Assembly (NCBI GenBank): GCA_051453625.1
Contig: JBOZIK010000001.1
Span: forward strand, 26,380,917 to 26,435,406
Length of the DNA stretch: 54,490 nucleotides
Direction of reading: 5' to 3'
Source: Welwitschia mirabilis
Taxonomy: Eukaryota
Position numbers and translations under genes: made by a program. This document shows positions 1-13,433 of the stretch, piece by piece (the first letter of the stretch is position 1; the number at the start of each line of letters is the position of its first letter). The notes beneath the pieces were generated by a model that did no database searches, had not been told where the DNA came from, and saw only the letters and a program-made list of their open reading frames with translations.

Positions 1-1336
1 GATAGGACTTTGTTAAGGACATAATTATTAGATAATTGTTGGAAGTTTTTGACTTCTTTCTTACATTTATAGATGATGGTCTCATTCATGAATCTTTTTA
101 TAAAGAGTTCTTGAACTTGACTCCAAAATTTCAGGCTCTTATGAGGGATTGTTCTAAGCCAAAGTTTAGCCTTATCTTCCAATGTAATGGAAAAAATACC
201 CTGTAGGTTCTATCAATTATACATTTTTCACCATTCTTAGAAGTAAGAATGAGTTTTTCAATTTTGGCAATGTGTTGTAAGAGGTCCTCATTAGGTTCTC
301 CTCAAAAGGTAGGATAAGCATTCAAATTTTTAAATTTCATATTATCACCAGAAGGTAAGTCAAAGGGATTTTGAATTTCAACTCTTTTATTCACTATGAG
401 ATCTCTCAAAGTAGCATGAGGAGTAGAAGTAATGGTTCAAACAATAGAGGGTGGATTTAAAGAGATAGGTTATTTTTGGTGAGAGGTTAACATGGTATTA
501 GATTCAAACTCTTCTACAAAATTAAAATAAAAAATTTTAGAAAATTCTAAATCTTGTGTACCTAGGCTATTTTTATTTGTTCTAATTTCAAATTTTAGTA
601 AACCTTCCCTAATATTTTCAGCAATGAATTGTCGCTCTCTTTAATATTTTTTACTTTTCCAATCTTAACCATTCAGTCTCAGNNNNNNNNNNNNNNNNNN
701 NNNNNNNNNNNNNNNNNNNNNNNNNNNNNNNNNNNNNNNNNNNNNNNNNNNNNNNNNNNNNNNNNNNNNNNNNNNNNNNNNNATGAGGGATTGTTCCAAG
801 CCAAAGTTTAGCCTTATCTTCCAATGGAATGGAAAAAATACCATGTAGGTTCTATCAGTTATACATTTTTTACCATTCTCAGAAGTAATAATAAGTTTTT
901 CAATTTCGGCAATGTGTTGTAAGGGGTCCTTATTAGGTTCTCCTTGAAAGGTAGGATAAGCATTCAAATTTTTAAATTTCACTATCACCAGAAGGTAAGT
1001 CAAAGGGATTTTGAATTTCAAGTCTTTTATTCACTATGAGATCTCTCAAAGTAGAAGTAATGGTTCAAACAATAGAGGATGGATTTAAAGAGATAGGTTA
1101 TTTTTTATAAGAGGTTAACATGGTATTAGATTCAAACTCTTCTGTAGAATTAAAATAAAAAATTTTAGAAAATTCTAAATCTTGTGTACCTAGGCTATTT
1201 TTATTTGTTCCAATTTCAAATTTTAGTAAACCTTCCCTAATATTTTCAGCAATGAATTGTCACTCTCTTTGATATTTTTTACTTTTCCAATCTTAACCAT
1301 TTAGTCTCAGATCTGAAGTATCCTACTGTATGTCAT
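1..1336 (-). pseudogene. gag: Degenerate Athila-like (Ty3/Gypsy) gag N-terminal region, element A1; runs off the window start
   Basis: Minus-strand translation gives KFKNLNAYPTFQGEPNKDPLQHIAEIEKL, resembling the retrotransposon gag LPxFxG..EDP..HL motif. It is homologous to 43040-43200(-) and 52700-52900(+). Stops and frameshifts are present. 143-682 is repeated at 783-1311 across a gap. Confidence 0.8.
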
Positions 1337-1562
1337 CTGGATGATAACTTGAATGACAAAAACACAAACAACCATAAAAAAGAGGAAAAGAAAAAAAGAG
1401 ATAATTATCTAACTATGACATTTGGATGACAAAGGGGACATCAGAGGTTAGTAAAAATAAAAAATAAAATAAACAACTTATAGAATACTAGTATACTGTT
1501 GCTACAGCAAACATCTAGAATATCCACCAAAGCAATAACAACTCTTGATCTTTAAGCGGCCT

Positions 1563-1580
1563 TCCCCGGAAATGATGCTA
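1563..1580 (-). promoter_or_regulatory. Primer binding site (tRNA-Asp type, Athila), degenerate
   Basis: The reverse complement tagcatcatttccgggga follows the LTR end ...tgcaaca and matches the Athila consensus tggcgccgttgccgggga, mostly with transition changes. Confidence 0.8.
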
Positions 1581-1583
1581 AAT

Positions 1584-2450
1584 TGTTGCAGTGCGTATTT
1601 ATACAATGTTTTATGCCTTGATCTAATTCCCTTTAATTATAAATAAGATACACAAACACAACACGCTAGCGTAGTCGAGAGTGATCCAAATGTCATAATT
1701 CCATCGAACGCCAATAGTACAGAAATAATAGAGTTGATTTTAAGACTGAAATATGTAATCATAATCTACTAAAATAAATTGTAATGCATGAAATTAAAAT
1801 ATACTTATGCAAAACTAATCTAAAAAAAGAAACAATGATGCATCTAAACTAATTGAGCTTAGCCTTGACAAAGGATGCCCTCATAATCTATATAATAGAA
1901 GAAACCTGTCACAAATATTAAACAATATAAACTATGAGGGATACGTTCTTACATATATTAAACAAAAAAACGATAATTCATATNNNNNNNNNNNNNNNNN
2001 NNNNNNNNNNNNNNNNNNNNNNNNNNNNNNNNNNNNNNNNNNNNNNNNNNNNNNNNNNNNNNNNNNNNNNNNNNNNNNNNNNNNNNNNNNNNNNNNNNNN
2101 NNNNNNNNNNNNNNNNNNNNNNNNNNNNNNNNNNNNNNNNNNNNNNNNNNNNNNNNNNNNNNNNNNNNNNNNNNNNNNNNNNNNNNNNNNNNNNNNNNNN
2201 NNNNNNNNNNNNNNNNNNNNNNNNNNNNNNNNNCAACTCGTGAAAACATTCGATAAAAGTGTGAGAGAATAATGTCATCCTTCTGGTCATTTGAACAATA
2301 GAGGAGATGATGAAGACTGACAATGAGATATTTGTTTAGCTCCCAGTCTAACTTCTTGTTAATCTACATGTGAACTTATTATCATCCTATTTAAGATGTT
2401 ATCCGCTAAGGACGTCCAAACAATGAGGTGGACAATAGGCTTTTGTTAAT
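1584..2450 (-). repeat. 5' LTR of Athila-like element A1 (outer boundary uncertain)
   Basis: Begins tgttgcagtg on +. Shares ccaaatgtcataat, ccttgacaaagg and ggacaataggcttt with the LTR at 44002-45254. Confidence 0.7.
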
Positions 2451-3249
2451 CTTCAATCAGTTTGATCTCTTGTTATTTGTAGGAATCATTATTCAAAATA
2501 TCATTTATCCATATTTGCATAAAATACTTATAATTTTTCTAGAAATTGCATATTTTCATTCTCTTCATCTCAATTCTCAATTTTCATAAGAACTAAACAT
2601 TTATTTGTTAATTTATCTATAAAATAACTCATAATACCCTATCAAATATACATAAGTTAGTAGCGTAACATTAGCAGTAATGATTTTCCATTTTCTACAT
2701 TATCAAAAGATTACCATAAACACATTAAATTTGGGAGTTCAAGATGGAATGAATTAGCTTCTAAATTACATGAAAGATCTAGGTTAGTATTCTCAAATAT
2801 GTTCGGTATTAATTAAATCATTGAAATTTAAAAATTACTTCAATAACATTATTCTATGTGTTGCTTGTTNNNNNNNNNNNNNNNNNNNNNNNNNNNNNNN
2901 NNNNNNNNNNNNNNNNNNNNNNNNNNNNNNNNNNNNNNNNNNNNNNNNNNNNNNNNNNNNNNNNNNNNNNNNNNNNNNNNNNNNNNNNNNNNNNNNNNNN
3001 NNNNNNNNNNNNNNNNNNNNNNNNNNNNNNNNNNNNNNNNNNNNNNNNNNNNNNNNNNNNNNNNNNNNNNNNNNNNNNNNNNNNNNNNNNNNNNNNNNNN
3101 NNNNNNNNNNNNNNNNNNNNCCCCCCCATGTATGTGCACGCTTCTTTCTCACTATGTTTGTCTACATCTACTTTATCCCTAGACTTAGTATCTGATTTGT
3201 ATTCATTTCCCTTCTCTATCTTAAATTTTTTTTCTTTATTTTATGATCA

Positions 3250-4490
3250 AGATGATGATGTTGAAAGAGCAATTAGATATTTTCATAGCTTGAGGATTCC
3301 ATTGATATAAATTTAGATGCATATTTAAATAGAAAGCCTAGTATATTTAATCATATGCTTTCTAATGGAGATGGAAGCAAGTCTTACTCACTCAAAATTT
3401 TATCAATGAAAANNNNNNNNNNNNNNNNNNNNNNNNNNNNNNNNNNNNNNNNNNNNNNNNNNNNNNNNNNNNNNNNNNNNNNNNNNNNNNNNNNNNNNNN
3501 NNNNNNNNNNNNNNNNNNNNNNNNNNNNNNNNNNNNNNNNNNNNNNNNNNNNNNNNNNNNNNNNNNNNNNNNNNNNNNNNNNNNNNNNNNNNNNNNNNNN
3601 NNNNNNNNNNNNNNNNNNNNNNNNNNNNNNNNNNNNNNNNNNNNNNNNNNNNNNNNNNNNNNNNNNNNNNNNNNNNNNNNNNNNNNNNNNNNNNNNNNNN
3701 NNNNNNNNNNNNNNNNNNNNNNNNNNNNNNNNNNNNNNNNNNNNNNNNNNNNNNNNNNNNNNNNNNNNNNNNNNNNNNNNNNNNNNNNNNNNNNNNNNNN
3801 NNNNNNNNNNNNNNNNNNNNNNNNNNNNNNNNNNNNNNNNNNNNNNNNNNNNNNNNNNNNNNNNNNNNNNNNNNNNNNNNNNNNNNNNNNNNNNNNNNNN
3901 NNNNNNNNNNNNNNNNNNNNNNNNNNNNNNNNNNNNNNNNNNNNNNNNNNNNNNNNNNNNNNNNNNNNNNNNNNNNNNNNNNNNNNNNNNNNNNNNNNNN
4001 NNNNNNNNNNNNNNNNNNNNNNNNNNNNNNNNNNNNNNNNNNNNNNNNNNNNNNNNNNNNNNNNNNNNNNNNNNNNNNNNNNNNNNNNNNNNNNNNNNNN
4101 NNNNNNNNNNNNNNNNNNNNNNNNNNNNNNNNNNNNNNNNNNNNNNNNNNNNNNNNNNNNNNNNNNNAATAGAAAGCCTAGTATATTTAATCATATGCTT
4201 TCTAATGGAGATGGAAGTAAGTCTTACTCACTCAAAATTTTATCAATGAAAATGTAACTATGTTCTAATCTAGCAAGAAGATAATAACAACATGTAAAAA
4301 CAATTACTTTATCAGTCCTTAGCATTAGTGAAATTTATTATCATCACATGCCTACATATGACTAGATTACAAATAATTTAGATGTGCTTAATAATTAGAA
4401 CAACCAAATAAGCATGATACCATTATAGTAATTTAAATTAAGAAATAAAGGAATCACTTAGTGATAATCAATTCATATTTCTTTATTAAA
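3250..4490 (+). pseudogene. Highly decayed gag-like relic of a plus-strand Athila-like element (left half of the outermost host)
   Basis: Weak motifs only: DDVERAIRYFHSLR (cf. DPEIERT.R.LR), YSLK, ITT and a KESLSD-like segment, in gag order. Confidence 0.4.
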
Positions 4491-5188
4491 ATAATAGATT
4501 AAGATCAAGATGTGAGTAAAAGTATAATGTGTAATTAACAAAAGGTATAAATTATTACAATAGACAAATTTTTTATAGCTATTATAGGTTAAACGGATAA
4601 ATGATATAACTATTAAAGCCTTAAAAATAGCTAGTTAAATTCCTAATATGAAGTTTTAATAGTTTTTAATAGTCTATAATAGCCATTTTTCTATTAACCT
4701 TTAGACTACTAGTGGACCCTTAGGGGTGGTAGTTGACCTCCTCCCTTACATTAGGCTTTTCATGTTACTTAGTTAGGCTGGAAGGTAAATTTCCTAGTTA
4801 GAGTTAATTAACTACTTTAATTATGGTTTATTTTCATAAGCTAGGTAATCACTTATGTGAAGTTCTAATTGCCCTTTAGTTTTCTATTAGTTGACTGCAT
4901 AATCCTTTTGATTCTTATTATTCATTAGCCTAAAGTCAATTCTTTGGAGAATACCATTCAACTGGAGAATATGAGTCAATTACCTATGAGATTTCTACTA
5001 TTTTAGCTATTTCAATTCTCTAACTTCTTTTATCTTTTGATACACCTTCTAAGTGTCTCACTTCTAATTAGATAGGCGTTCTTGACTTTGCTGTAAGGAA
5101 TTTTGTTTATCCCATATTTAACTTTATTTTATTAGTAACATTGTATATAATTTAATTTATCATTAATAGATAACTAATAGGTTTAATA
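4491..5188 (-). repeat. 3' LTR of outer SIRE element (3' end truncated)
   Basis: Aligns by eye with ~23451-24125 (aagatcaagatgtgagtaaaagtataatgt vs gagatcaggatgttagtagaagtataatgt). On the minus strand it is preceded by the purine tract aaaggaaaaaa. Confidence 0.75.
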
Positions 5189-5849
5189 ATTTTTTCCTTT
5201 ATCATTAATGCCAACTAAATAAAAAATTATTAATTCTTATTAGGTTAGTACTCTGCTTAAGTAGATGTCCTTCCTAATTATATGCCTAATACATAATGAA
5301 ATGATTTTTAAATGATTATAATTTAAAAAGCACAAGGCATAAATAAAATACAAGAGGAGTGAAACATTACCTTAATGGGATACAAACATTATCATTAATT
5401 ACATGCTATAATTGCATCACATTCTAGATTATCATAAAGTAATATGCACCAAATCATAAATAATAAAATATATCATATTATGTGCATGAGCATGTAGAAA
5501 ACATAAAAGAAAAAGATTTTAACATATTAAAAAGTAGTACGAGTATCTATTTTATAATACAAATATCTGTTTTCTCTTCTCTTTTTCGTAAATAATAAAA
5601 AGATGCAAAACACTAGCATAGTAAATGAAAAGAAGAAAACTAATAAAAAAGAAAGGGAATGTACATTAAAAATAACTAATAAGAGTCATTAGTAAAAGTA
5701 ATATGATGAAANNNNNNNNNNNNNNNNNNNNNNNNNNNNNNNNNNNNNNNNNNNNNNNNNNNNNNNNNNNNNNNNNNNNNNNNNNNNNNNNNNNNNNNNN
5801 NNNNNNNNNNNAAAGTACATTAAAAATAACTAATAAGAGTCATTAGTAA

Positions 5850-7317
5850 AAGTAATATGATGAAAACAACCATAGCTAATAGCATCATGTGATAAGCCCA
5901 TAGGAGATACTCAAGCCAATATCAAGGCTAACGATAAAGTAGGCATTGATGAAGTAGACTTTTAGTGAGTAAATAAACCACTAAATTAGAACCTAAAATG
6001 GATGTACTAAAAAGATGGCCAAATACCTCATCATAATGAAGAGTTCCTTAATATAAAAGAAGATTGAATTGGCTCTAGTAAGGACTTAATCCACTTGAAA
6101 GGTAATGTAGATTCCTCCTAAAACTCCTTCTCCTGCTCTTATGATTTCTTTTCCTTCTTAAAATTCTCATCATCATCTTTGAACTTCTCTCTTGATTCCT
6201 CCTCTATGTTTCCTTCCTTGAATGTCTCTTAGAGGATCTATATCTTCTCATTTAAGCCTTCTCCTATTTATTCTTTAAGATTATAGTCTAGTGGAGAAGT
6301 AAGATATGGTGTTAGTAAATATGATGATTAATGGAAAGGAGTTCAAGATATCTCTAATACATGACCTGATCTCATCAATTATTTAAAAAGGTAGATCATT
6401 CACTACTAATACATATCTTACTCATATAACTAGGTATGAAGAGAAGTGAGTAGATCATCATATTATTTACATTTCCTATAGAGTGAGTAGCATAGGAATG
6501 AGTTCCTAGTGAAGAGTTGTATGTATACTATGTACATTTATCATGAGGAGGTCTCAACATAGGACTAGCCCCAAAGATATGCATCCATTCCATGTGAAAT
6601 AATTAAAATGTATAAAGAATTGAGAATTATAACATTGTTTTATAATAAGGAAATGTGGAAATAATAGCATAATCCATATTTAAACCATCATATCTAAGAG
6701 TCATCTTCTCATACTATGTAGTATGCATTAGAAATATAAAAATAATCAGTAATGCATATATCTTCTATTGTGATCTAGTGCAAAAATAAAAGTTTACAAA
6801 ATGTGATGTTATTCCTATGTTCACCAAGTGGTAGAGTAAAGTATCTAAAAATTAGATGGAAAACACAATAAAGGATTGTTAAGTATTTGTCTTAGAATGT
6901 AGTATAGGATTCCTAATTAACTTAGGCCTATATAGATTCAATTCATGGTAAAAGCACTATGAGTAGTTGATAAATAGTAAATTAGAAACACCCCCTCTAG
7001 AGATGTTAAGTACCTGTGCAATGATATCTAGAGCTAGCCTAAAGTCTAACTTAGAGACCATGATTTAAGCAACTAAATTTCTAATGGATATATCTCAACA
7101 TTACCAAAGAAAAGATCAGTAACCTTTGTAATCCCATCTAGATAGGGATTAAGTAATGAATTTCATTTCTAATACTAAAATATTTACTTAATGAAAATAT
7201 GGAGTAATTTAAAAGTAGATACCTAGATTTCCCTTTGTCTAAGTACATTTTTTGAATGAAAATCTATTTTAAATTATATCCTAGATTGTATGTCTAACTA
7301 AGTAAGGAAATTAACTT
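5850..7317 (-). pseudogene. Decayed env-like/ORF2 of outer SIRE element (5' end continues at 16916-16972)
   Basis: Lies between pol and the PPT. Reading across the TSD gives MTSRFFCTTKEKEVEAYTS*QVNFLT. It has an LGIP-like motif and a charged E/K-rich C-terminal part near 6100-6270. Confidence 0.45.
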
Positions 7318-7322
7318 GTTAA

Positions 7323-9193
7323 TATTAGATTATATTTTACCAATTGATATCAAACTAATGTTTTCTATATAGAAAATTTTGTGTATCTTATGAAGAAGAT
7401 GTTAATTACTTGCAAGTTGAAAGATAAACTCAAAACCATTGAATTATGAATACTAGAAACNNNNNNNNNNNNNNNNNNNNNNNNNNNNNNNNNNNNNNNN
7501 NNNNNNNNNNNNNNNNNNNNNNNNNNNNNNNNNNNNNNNNNNNNNNNNNNNNNNNNNNNNAGTGTTTTCTATATAGAAAATTTTGTGTATCTTATGACAA
7601 AGATGTTAATTACTTGCAAGTTGAAAGATAAAGTCAAAACCATTGAATTATGAATACTAGAAACCTATCAGTTCTGTTACCCTTTTTAGGGATTAACCAG
7701 ACTTTCAAGGGGTTGACTGCCCTTAAAAGAAATAGATCAAATGAACTACATCTAAAGGGGTTAACCATATTTCTAATGGGGTTGACTGGACCTATAACCC
7801 TANNNNNNNNNNNNNNNNNNNNNNNNNNNNNNNNNNNNNNNNNNNNNNNNNNNNNNNNNNNNNNNNNNNNNNNNNNNNNNNNNNNNNNNNNNNNNNNNNN
7901 NNATTTCTAATGGGGTTGACTGGACCTATAACCCTAATAACTTGAGCCCCTGAACTGAATGAAAAGGGATCAACTGGATCCTCATGGGGTCAACAAGATT
8001 TAGGGACCTGACAAATAGTATCCCTAGACGGAATGATAAGGGATCAACTAGACCTTTCACAGGTCAACCAAATTTGTGAACCAAGGAATAGTACTCTAAA
8101 TTGAATGATAAGGAATCGACCAAACCTATAATGGGATCAACTGGACTTGAGCACTGTGTAGCTGATACTCCTAAGCCGATCATCATGGGGTCAACCAGAC
8201 ACCTAAAAGGTCAATCAAACTTAATGATGGAAACTAAAAAGAATTCTATCAGGATAAATGGGCAACTAAATTATGTAGTAGGTGACTTGATTGGGATTGA
8301 CTGGATATGGAGCCATAAGAAATTGGAGTGATAAAATTCTCGCTCAGGAAACTTGTGTAAGTCACAATACCAAATGGAGTCAACTGGAATTTTGAGAAGT
8401 AGACTAGATGGAATGAAAGTAAAATTTTCTAATCATTATGTATCCATTATATGTTGTTTATATTCATTAGAAGTGCATTTCAAATGTAATAAATCCTAGA
8501 AGCCTTTCAACATAAATAGCTAAGACATAGATGACTAAATGATTTTTTTGAACTAGTTTTAATTGTGTAAATCTATTGGATCAAAGGATCAAGCACTGTA
8601 ATATTGTAACATTTACTATTGTATCTTGGCATCTATACTTTTGATCAAAGAAGATCTATCATATGTATCATCTCTACATTTAAGATTAGATCCTATGCTT
8701 CATCTATTTTTACATCTATAGGAGAATNNNNNNNNNNNNNNNNNNNNNNNNNNNNNNNNNNNNNNNNNNNNNNNNNNNNNNNNNNNNNNNNNNNNNNNNN
8801 NNNNGTGAAAGATTGAGACTAAGCCTTGAAAAGTCCATTTAAAAGTTGAGACTAAGCCTAAAAAAGTCCATTTTTAAAAGTTACAGGTGAACTTGGAATA
8901 CTTGGTGGAGTAACAAAGATCCTAGATTTATCTTGGAGATAAGCTAATCGTCAAGAGTAAAGTAGGAAAGTTCCTAAACTACTACAAATCTAGTGTACAT
9001 CCATTTGATATTTTTATGATTTTAGTTATTATTTCCTTACTTCTATTATTTTCCTATTTCATGCACATTTTGGATTAGTTAATTTTACATGCAGGTTTTA
9101 TTTAAGATTACATTCGTTTAGTATANNNNNNNNNNNNNNNNNNNNNNNNNNNNNNACCCCTCCTCCTCTCCTCTAGGGTTCTTGATCCTATTA
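7323..9193 (+). repeat. LTR1 (5' LTR) of inner SIRE element
   Basis: Starts tattagattat, matching 13434, and ends gttcttgatcctatta, matching 16895-16910. Contains ggggtcgaccgga-like repeated motifs, a TATA-like ataaatagc near 8512 and 33-bp repeats near 8812. Confidence 0.88.
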
Positions 9194-9195
9194 TT

Positions 9196-9207
9196 TAGTA
9201 TTAGAGC
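9196..9207 (+). promoter_or_regulatory. Primer binding site, tRNA-iMet type (degenerate)
   Basis: tagtattagagc vs consensus tggtatcagagc, 2 nt after the LTR end. Confidence 0.85.
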
Positions 9208-9258
9208 TTTATTAAATACTCTTTATATTTTATCCAATCTTGACTTTAGAATCCTAAA

Positions 9259-11250
9259 ATGAGTAATCCATCTAATGATTCTCTACTAGTCGTCCACTCG
9301 TATTTGACAAATCAAGCTATGCTTATTGGAAAGCCAGAATGAGAATATTTCTTAGATCTTTAGATGTTTATATAGAGGAAGTTATTTACAAAGGTTACAC
9401 TATGCCTATGTTAACCTAAGGTGATGTTAATGGTAACACTATTCTAGTTTCTAAAGCTAGAGATTAATGGACTTCCACTGATAAGTCAAAAGCCACCACA
9501 GATGCTCATGCTCTTAATGCCCTATTTTATGCAGTCTGTGTAGATGAGTTTAAGTGCATAGTAATCTATAATCATGCTAAGAAATCTTGAAACATTCTTG
9601 CAGTAGCACATGAAGGAACCTCAACTATAAAGTAAGTAAGACTTCAGATGCTCATCTTAAAATTTAAAGACATCCATATGAATGAAGAGGAGAATTTGCA
9701 GGAACTCTTTACTAGACTCATAGACATCATGAAGTCTATGGCAAATCTTAGAGAACACTTGGATGAAAAAAAAGTAATAAGAAAAGTCTTGAGATCTCTA
9801 CCTAAAAGATTTAAATCAAAGGTCATAACCATTAAAAAGAGTAAAAACATTAATGTAATGGCATTGGAAAAACTACAAGATAATTTGCTAACCTACCTAT
9901 GAGCTTAAATTTATTAATGATAAGAATAAAGGTATTACTTTAAAATGTATGCAAGAAGACTATGGATATGAAATATCAGATGAAAATTGGATGATGATAA
10001 AGTGGCTCTTCTAGTTAGATAATTCAAAAAGTTTCTTCATAGGAAGAAAAAGGAAGGAAAATTAAGTAGAAATTCAAAAAAGAATCATGTAAAACATAGA
10101 AAGAAGCAAGAAAAAGGTAAACAGATTTGATGCTACTCATGCAAAGGATTTGATCATATGAAAAATGAGTGCCCTGACACAAGGAGAGATAAGAGGAAAA
10201 CAAGGAATCCCTCTTTTATTACCATATGAAACAATGATAATGCTGATGATGAAAGCTATTTAGATTAAGAATTAGATAGAGACAGAAGGTTGTCTTTCAT
10301 GGGTATTGTACCATTTCTCAAATATGTTCCTAGAACATCAGAGCTTGATGATTTTTATATCATCAATGAAGAAGAGGATAAGTTAGAAGATACATATTAG
10401 GAGTTCTATAATGAATGTGAAAAGCTAGTTAAGAGGATAAATGATTTAAACAGAGTAGTGAAGACTCTCACCAAAGAGAAGAAGGAATTAGAAATTAAAT
10501 ATAATGTGCTAAAATCCAATAATACCACTCTAATATCTTAAGTAAAATATCTTTCTTTTTTTGTAGATAAATTTTCTAGTGGTTCTTCTAAATTGAAATA
10601 GATACTTGGAGTGTAGAAACCTACTAGAGACAGATTAGGTATTGGCTTTAGTTCACAAAAAATATAAGAAAAGGTAAATTAAAAGAGTAAGTATGGTTTT
10701 AAACTTTCATATAACTTTTGTAGTAAATTTAATCATTTAAAGATTTCTTATAAAATTAGACAATTAATGCTTTTCTCAGGTTCTATAAACACTTTATCAT
10801 TTAGATTTATTCCTAAGAGAAGTGTATCACCTAAGCCTAACAAGACTAAGTAGGTTAGATCTAATAATCTCAAAAGTTTTATAACAGAAATAGCTCTTAG
10901 AGGATCAAGTACAAACAATTGGTATCTAGATAGTGGATGCTTAAGGTATATGTCTAGATAAAGATCAAAATTTAAGAACCTAAGGAGTATTAATGGAGGA
11001 GAAGTTATGTTTGGAAATAATAAAAAGGCAAAATAGAAGGTACAAGATTCATCAAGGGAGGTAAGTTGCCTAAAGTTAATGATATACTTTATATACATGG
11101 TTTAAAACATAATTTATTAAGCACTAGTCAATTGTATAACAAATGGTATAAAGTAATATTTAAAAAATCAAAATGCAAAGTTGTAGATACAAAAACAAAT
11201 GTTGTTATCCTTATTGCAAAATGAGTAGATAATATCTATATAATAGATAT
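9259..11250 (+). pseudogene. gag: Copia/SIRE gag plus aspartic protease pseudogene, ending before the integrase
   Basis: RPLVFDKSSYAYWKARMRIFLRSLD; KVLRSLPKRFKSKV (UBN2-like); zinc knuckle CYSCKGFDHMKNECP near 10132; WYLDSGC at 10920; GLKHNLLSTSQL near 11100. Many in-frame stops. Confidence 0.9.
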
Positions 11251-11787
11251 TTATTTGATTGATTAGTTAAATCATATGAACTATGACATGTAAAAAGGAA
11301 ATGTTAGTTTAGATTTTGATAAATATAAATATTTTTTAGAAAACTCTAATGTAACACCCCTTTTTTCAAATTTACTTATCAATTACAAAATGAACTAGGG
11401 GTACACTTACCATCCTTGAGCTGATTATAAGGTGGTCAACCAGATCTATGATTTGCTCAATCAGATGTGGTTAGTCACCTATCCTAAAAGCCCAGTTGCC
11501 TAAACACCTTCCAGTACTATAGACTTACATCTCAACAGTTCAACCAGAATCTCTAGTGATTGACTACACCTGATGGATTATAGTGCATAAGTACCATCAA
11601 TGAACCTGATTTCTTTCTTTATTTTACCTTATTTTGCATAGTCTACAAAAGAAAGAGGATCTTAAATAACTTTTTTGTGTTATATCCTTTTTCATCTCTT
11701 AGATCTAAAGCTTTTCTGTGTATATCTAGAGCCTTTCTCTCATATCTATGCTTTTCTCTTAGATTTCTTATTTCTAAGGTCCTTGAA

Positions 11788-12823
11788 ATGGCTGAAAGCT
11801 CATCCAAGAGGAGAATACAGGAAGCTTCTTTAAGGGATCCTACTATTTTCTACCATAGAATGTCTAATGATGATATTGACAAATTTTCAAAGAAATTTGA
11901 GAAGAAGTCAATGTGCTAAGAGTAGTTTGTAGAAACTGTAGAGCTTAGAGAGCTCAAGAAAGTCATTTAACTCCTAAGAAATCAGAATCTTGATTACTTT
12001 TTTGATGTTTCTGGCTCTGCTTATTTATTTTTTACTTAGATGTTTTATTGTAATGCTTCTTATAATCATAACTCTAGAACCCTTAAAATCCTTATTTTGG
12101 AAAAGCGGCTGAGAGTAATAGCCAATCTAATTTCTAAGCTAACTAATATTCCCAGGGGTAACTATGAAGAGTTTTGACCTCTTCAAGACACTATGGAAGG
12201 AAAATCTACTATTACTAGGGAGATCTGTGGTAAGGTGCACTTTTGGAAGCACATGCTTTCTACTTCATTGTTGACACCAAAATAGCATTTTTTTTCATTT
12301 GATTTTTACTATAACTTCTTTCCTTTAGTTGGACATCATGATGAGGCCTCCTACTATAGAGCCTATCTAATGTATTTGATAGGGACTAAGCATTCTATTG
12401 ATGCTCTTGCCATCATACTAAAGAATATACTCTCACAGTTAGAGTACTACAAGATTAGGGAGTTACCATACTCTATTCTTATCACAAGTTTGTGCCATCA
12501 TTTTCATGTTATCTTTCATCTAAAAGTGAAAACCCTCTAGCCTATAACACCTATTATGCATGTAACCTTATCCTATATGCATATCTTTGTCCCTCTAAAA
12601 AATCCTTAAATTCTACCTCTCCAAAGGAAGCATCTCCTAATGAGACCCTTTTATATCTGAGATGGATTGATTCCAGTACCAGATACATGAAGGAGGCACT
12701 CATAGCAGCTAGTTATGATATTACTGACACCTTAACAGAGGCCACAGCTTAGCACACACAGGAGGTGATGAAGAAGATTTAGAAAAAGACTCTGAAGAAA
12801 AAGAAGAAGAGGAGTCTAATTAA
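11788..12823 (+). pseudogene. Env-like/ORF2 of inner SIRE element (disrupted)
   Basis: Starts MAESSSKRRIQEASLRD, includes an MFYCN motif, and ends in acidic EKDSEEKEEEESN*. Its position upstream of PPT-like signatures is typical of Sirevirus ORF2. Confidence 0.65.
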
Positions 12824-13433
12824 AATTAAAATTTTTCAAATTATGTTTTGTTTTATGTTTGTGTTCTCTTCTTTGTGAGTGATGTCAAAAGGGAGAGAAT
12901 TAGTTTTTTATTGTTGTATGTTTTTCGTATGTTTTCAGATGTTTGCTCTTGATGAATACTTTTAGTTTGTAATGCTTGCATATNNNNNNNNNNGTTTAAC
13001 AAAATCTACATCCACTTTCTTTTATGCTTTAAAATATTTTTAATTGGTATCTCAAATCAAACAATTGATATCTCAAATCTTTTTATGCTTTTAGCAATTC
13101 ATATATTCTTAACATTTTTCTCTAGTGGTATCATATGTACTTTAGTTAAAGAGTTTAAATGTTGTAAATAAATTCTAATATGTGATATTTGATTAAAATG
13201 TCAAATGATTTACATGATCACGTTATGCATTTTATAAAGTTGTGCCCTTAGCCTTTTAAATGTGCATATTAAAATTTGTTCCATTTGAAGCACAAAATTT
13301 GATTGATCCAAAATATCTTAACTTGTTCCAAAATGAGTATTATTTTGTAATAAACATTTTATAAGGGGAACTTTTCTAAGTTGTAATTTTTCACAATTAA
13401 GTATTACTTACCATCAATGTTAAAGGAAACGAT

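Noticed and set aside
3355..4257. Long ORFs in the track (also 15157-15921, 24650-25383, 38363-39145, 47576-48610, 49462-50305)
   Set aside because: They consist almost wholly of X residues from N gaps and are artefacts.
8101..8331. 76-aa ORF with repeated KPIMGST
   Set aside because: It reflects the LTR's repeated DNA motifs, and I saw no equivalent intact ORF in LTR2 or LTR3.
11350..11360. tgtaacacccc resembling the start of a Gypsy LTR
   Set aside because: No matching second copy, LTR end, PBS or TSD was found.
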